Below are positions 62,406 through 64,000 of a DNA stretch of 64,000 bases, one piece after another (position 1 is the first letter of the stretch; each line of letters opens with the position of its first letter). This stretch comes from Spirochaetales bacterium (GTDB lineage Bacteria; Spirochaetota; Spirochaetia; Sphaerochaetales; Sphaerochaetaceae). The DNA is taken from positions 3,625 to 67,624 of the forward strand of contig JALEVV010000018.1 in NCBI GenBank assembly GCA_022788185.1, read 5' to 3'. The notes beneath the pieces were generated by a model. The model was not told the origin of the DNA. It did no database searches and saw nothing but the letters and a program-made list of their open reading frames with translations. The position numbers and the translations under genes were made by a program.

Positions 62406-63913
62406 ACAGGATGAAAAGATTATTCTCCGTACTTGTGGTACTGCTGACTCTTCTTTCAGCAGTCGGTGCTTCGGACATTAAGACCCTTGCAGATCTGGAC
62501 GGAAAGAACATCGGTGTCCAGACCGCCGTCCTCTATGAGGAACTCATCATGGATAAGGTGCCCCATGCCACCTTCCAGTACTATACAATGCCCAATGACA
62601 TGATCCTTGCCCTGACGAGCGGCAAGGTGGATGCATATCTCATTGAGGCAGTCTCCTTCGGCGTCCAGCATAAGAATCACCCCGAGCTGGCTGTCCTTGA
62701 CGAGCCCGCAGGTTACATCAACGCAACGTGCATCATCGGAAACAACAGCAAGAAGGACCGCCTCCTCAGGGAGATCAACGAGTTCATTAAGACAAGCAAT
62801 GAAAACGGAATGCTCTCAGAGATCTATGACTACTGGATTGCCGATTTCGATCCCGACACGGATACCTGTGACGTGGGAGGCTTCACCGGCGAAAACGGCA
62901 CCATCTCCGTTGCCGTAGAGGGCGGATACGAACCCTTCTCCTTCATCAGCCACGGTCAGATCTCCGGCTTTGACGTCGACTTCATATGCCGCTTCGCCCG
63001 CGCCTACGGCTATACACCTGAATTCTTTGAAGTTCCCTTCGAGGCCATTGCACCGGGTGTCGAGACCGGAAAGTACGACATCGGCATGAACATCGTCGTC
63101 AGTGAGGAAAGAAACGAGACCGGAACCCTTTCAGACGTGTACTACACGACCCCGATCGAGCTTGTGGTTCTCGGTGAGGATGACTCCTCCGCCGGCTTCT
63201 TCGAGAAGCTTCAGAACAGCTTCTACAAGACCTTCATAAAGGAAAACAGATGGAAGCTCTTCGTTCAGGGCGCCGTTGAGACCATCGTGATCACGATCTC
63301 ATCCATCATCGCAGGTACCGTCATCGGCTTTGCCATCTACATGCTCTGCCGCCATGGAAATAAGGTTGCCAACGGAGCAACCAACTTCCTCCTCTGGCTC
63401 ATTCACGGAATGCCGACGGTCCTGCTGCTGATGATCCTCTACTACATCGTCTTCGGTTCATCCCGTCTCAGCGGTACCTGGGTATCGGTAGTGGGCTTCT
63501 CACTGATGTTTGCCTGCTCCATGATCGACATGCTCCGTGTCGGTTACAATGCGATCGGACGCGGACAGCTGGAGGCATCGACAGCCCTGGGCTACTCAGA
63601 CCATCAGAGCTTCTTCCGCATCCTCCTGCCCCAGGCAGCCCAGCACTTCCTGCCCATCTACAGGAACGAGGTCGTCACCCTGATCAAGGAAACTTCGGTC
63701 GTCGGTTACATCGCCGTCCTTGACCTTACCAAGATAAGCGATCTGGTAAGAAGTCGTACCTACGAAGCCTTCTTCCCGCTGATCCTCACCGCGGTTATGT
63801 ACTTCGTCATAGCCGCCCTGATGACCAAGGCAGTGGGCTGGATTCAGAACAGGATTGACCCAAGACGCAGAAGCCATGAGAAGATTCTCAAGGGCATCAA
63901 GGAATGGGAATGA
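62402..63913 (+). CDS. Fused amino-acid ABC substrate-binding domain plus permease (HisM/GlnP-like TMD)
   Basis: Has a signal peptide, SBP_bac_3-like segments, then a permease with EASTALGYSDHQSFFRILLPQA (EAA loop). The probable start is ATG 62411 (MKRLFS...), 10 nt after GAGGAG. Confidence 0.88.
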   Translation: MNRMKRLFSVLVVLLTLLSAVGASDIKTLADLDGKNIGVQTAVLYEELIMDKVPHATFQYYTMPNDMILALTSGKVDAYLIEAVSFGVQHKNHPELAVLDEPAGYINATCIIGNNSKKDRLLREINEFIKTSNENGMLSEIYDYWIADFDPDTDTCDVGGFTGENGTISVAVEGGYEPFSFISHGQISGFDVDFICRFARAYGYTPEFFEVPFEAIAPGVETGKYDIGMNIVVSEERNETGTLSDVYYTTPIELVVLGEDDSSAGFFEKLQNSFYKTFIKENRWKLFVQGAVETIVITISSIIAGTVIGFAIYMLCRHGNKVANGATNFLLWLIHGMPTVLLLMILYYIVFGSSRLSGTWVSVVGFSLMFACSMIDMLRVGYNAIGRGQLEASTALGYSDHQSFFRILLPQAAQHFLPIYRNEVVTLIKETSVVGYIAVLDLTKISDLVRSRTYEAFFPLILTAVMYFVIAALMTKAVGWIQNRIDPRRRSHEKILKGIKEWE

Positions 63914-63918
63914 CATCA

Positions 63919-63948
63919 GGAGGGCTCCTTCGGGAGCTCTCTTTTTTA
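63919..63948 (+). terminator. Rho-independent terminator after the ABC operon
   Basis: GGGCTCC-TTCG-GGAGCTC hairpin followed by TCTCTTTTTTAC, immediately after the stop at 63913. Confidence 0.65.
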
Positions 63949-64000
63949 CTTTGCTGAAATAATTGGTGAAAACAGACAGGACCAGGTGCTAAACTGTTCC

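Noticed and set aside
1-64000. Looked for integrases, transposases, IS ends, prophage genes, toxin-antitoxin pairs, cas genes and rRNA
   Set aside because: None recognised in any of the six frames, so no mobile_element or CRISPR feature is reported.

Overview
This is a 64-kb bacterial chromosomal window with one tRNA, no rRNA, no CRISPR array, and no integrase or transposase that I can recognise. It divides into two parts.

(1) Positions 1 to about 16570 form an A+T-richer accessory block made almost entirely of very large helicase genes.
- A minus-strand cassette encodes an XRE-HTH/GNAT-like protein, a 256-aa orphan, a roughly 1710-aa DExH helicase fused to a DUF1998/MZB zinc domain, and an SNF2 helicase that runs off the left edge. 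The SNF2 gene is absent from the supplied ORF track and was found by hand translation.
- A plus-strand SF1 (Upf1/DNA2-like) helicase carries a C-terminal Vsr/DUF559-like nuclease domain.
- A convergent minus-strand two-gene unit encodes a 123-aa orphan plus an SF1 helicase with two C-terminal zinc ribbons, driven by a near-consensus promoter.
- This block looks like a defence island and is the best candidate for something undescribed. It is DISARM/Druantia-like, but I cannot place it in a canonical system from what is visible.

(2) Positions 16.6 to 64 kb are ordinary core genome.
- Sugar and central metabolism: araD with an FGGY kinase, divergent araR with repeated operator boxes, ATP-dependent PEP carboxykinase, and endonuclease IV.
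- A DUF4143 ATPase sits next to tRNA-Ala(CGC), with a 5 x 23-bp tandem repeat between them.
- Transport: a MATE exporter, a Na/Pi-PhoU transporter, MgtE behind a probable M-box riboswitch, an NCS2 permease, and an amino-acid ABC system whose binding domain seems circularly permuted and fused to the permease.
- A macro-domain/metallophosphoesterase pair and an S9 peptidase.
- A glycan-utilisation locus: GH88, GH43, sugar ABC transporter, YesM/YesN-type two-component system, an unknown GH-like protein, a FucI-family isomerase and xylulokinase.
- Also oleate hydratase with a TetR regulator, a 1413-aa hybrid sensor kinase, an XRE regulator, an alpha/beta hydrolase, and a lipoprotein plus beta-barrel pair.

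The beta-barrel protein ending in Phe and the lipobox protein suggest a diderm anaerobe, possibly spirochaete-like. That taxonomic guess is weak inference. All functional calls come from motif and family recognition by eye. No database search was run.
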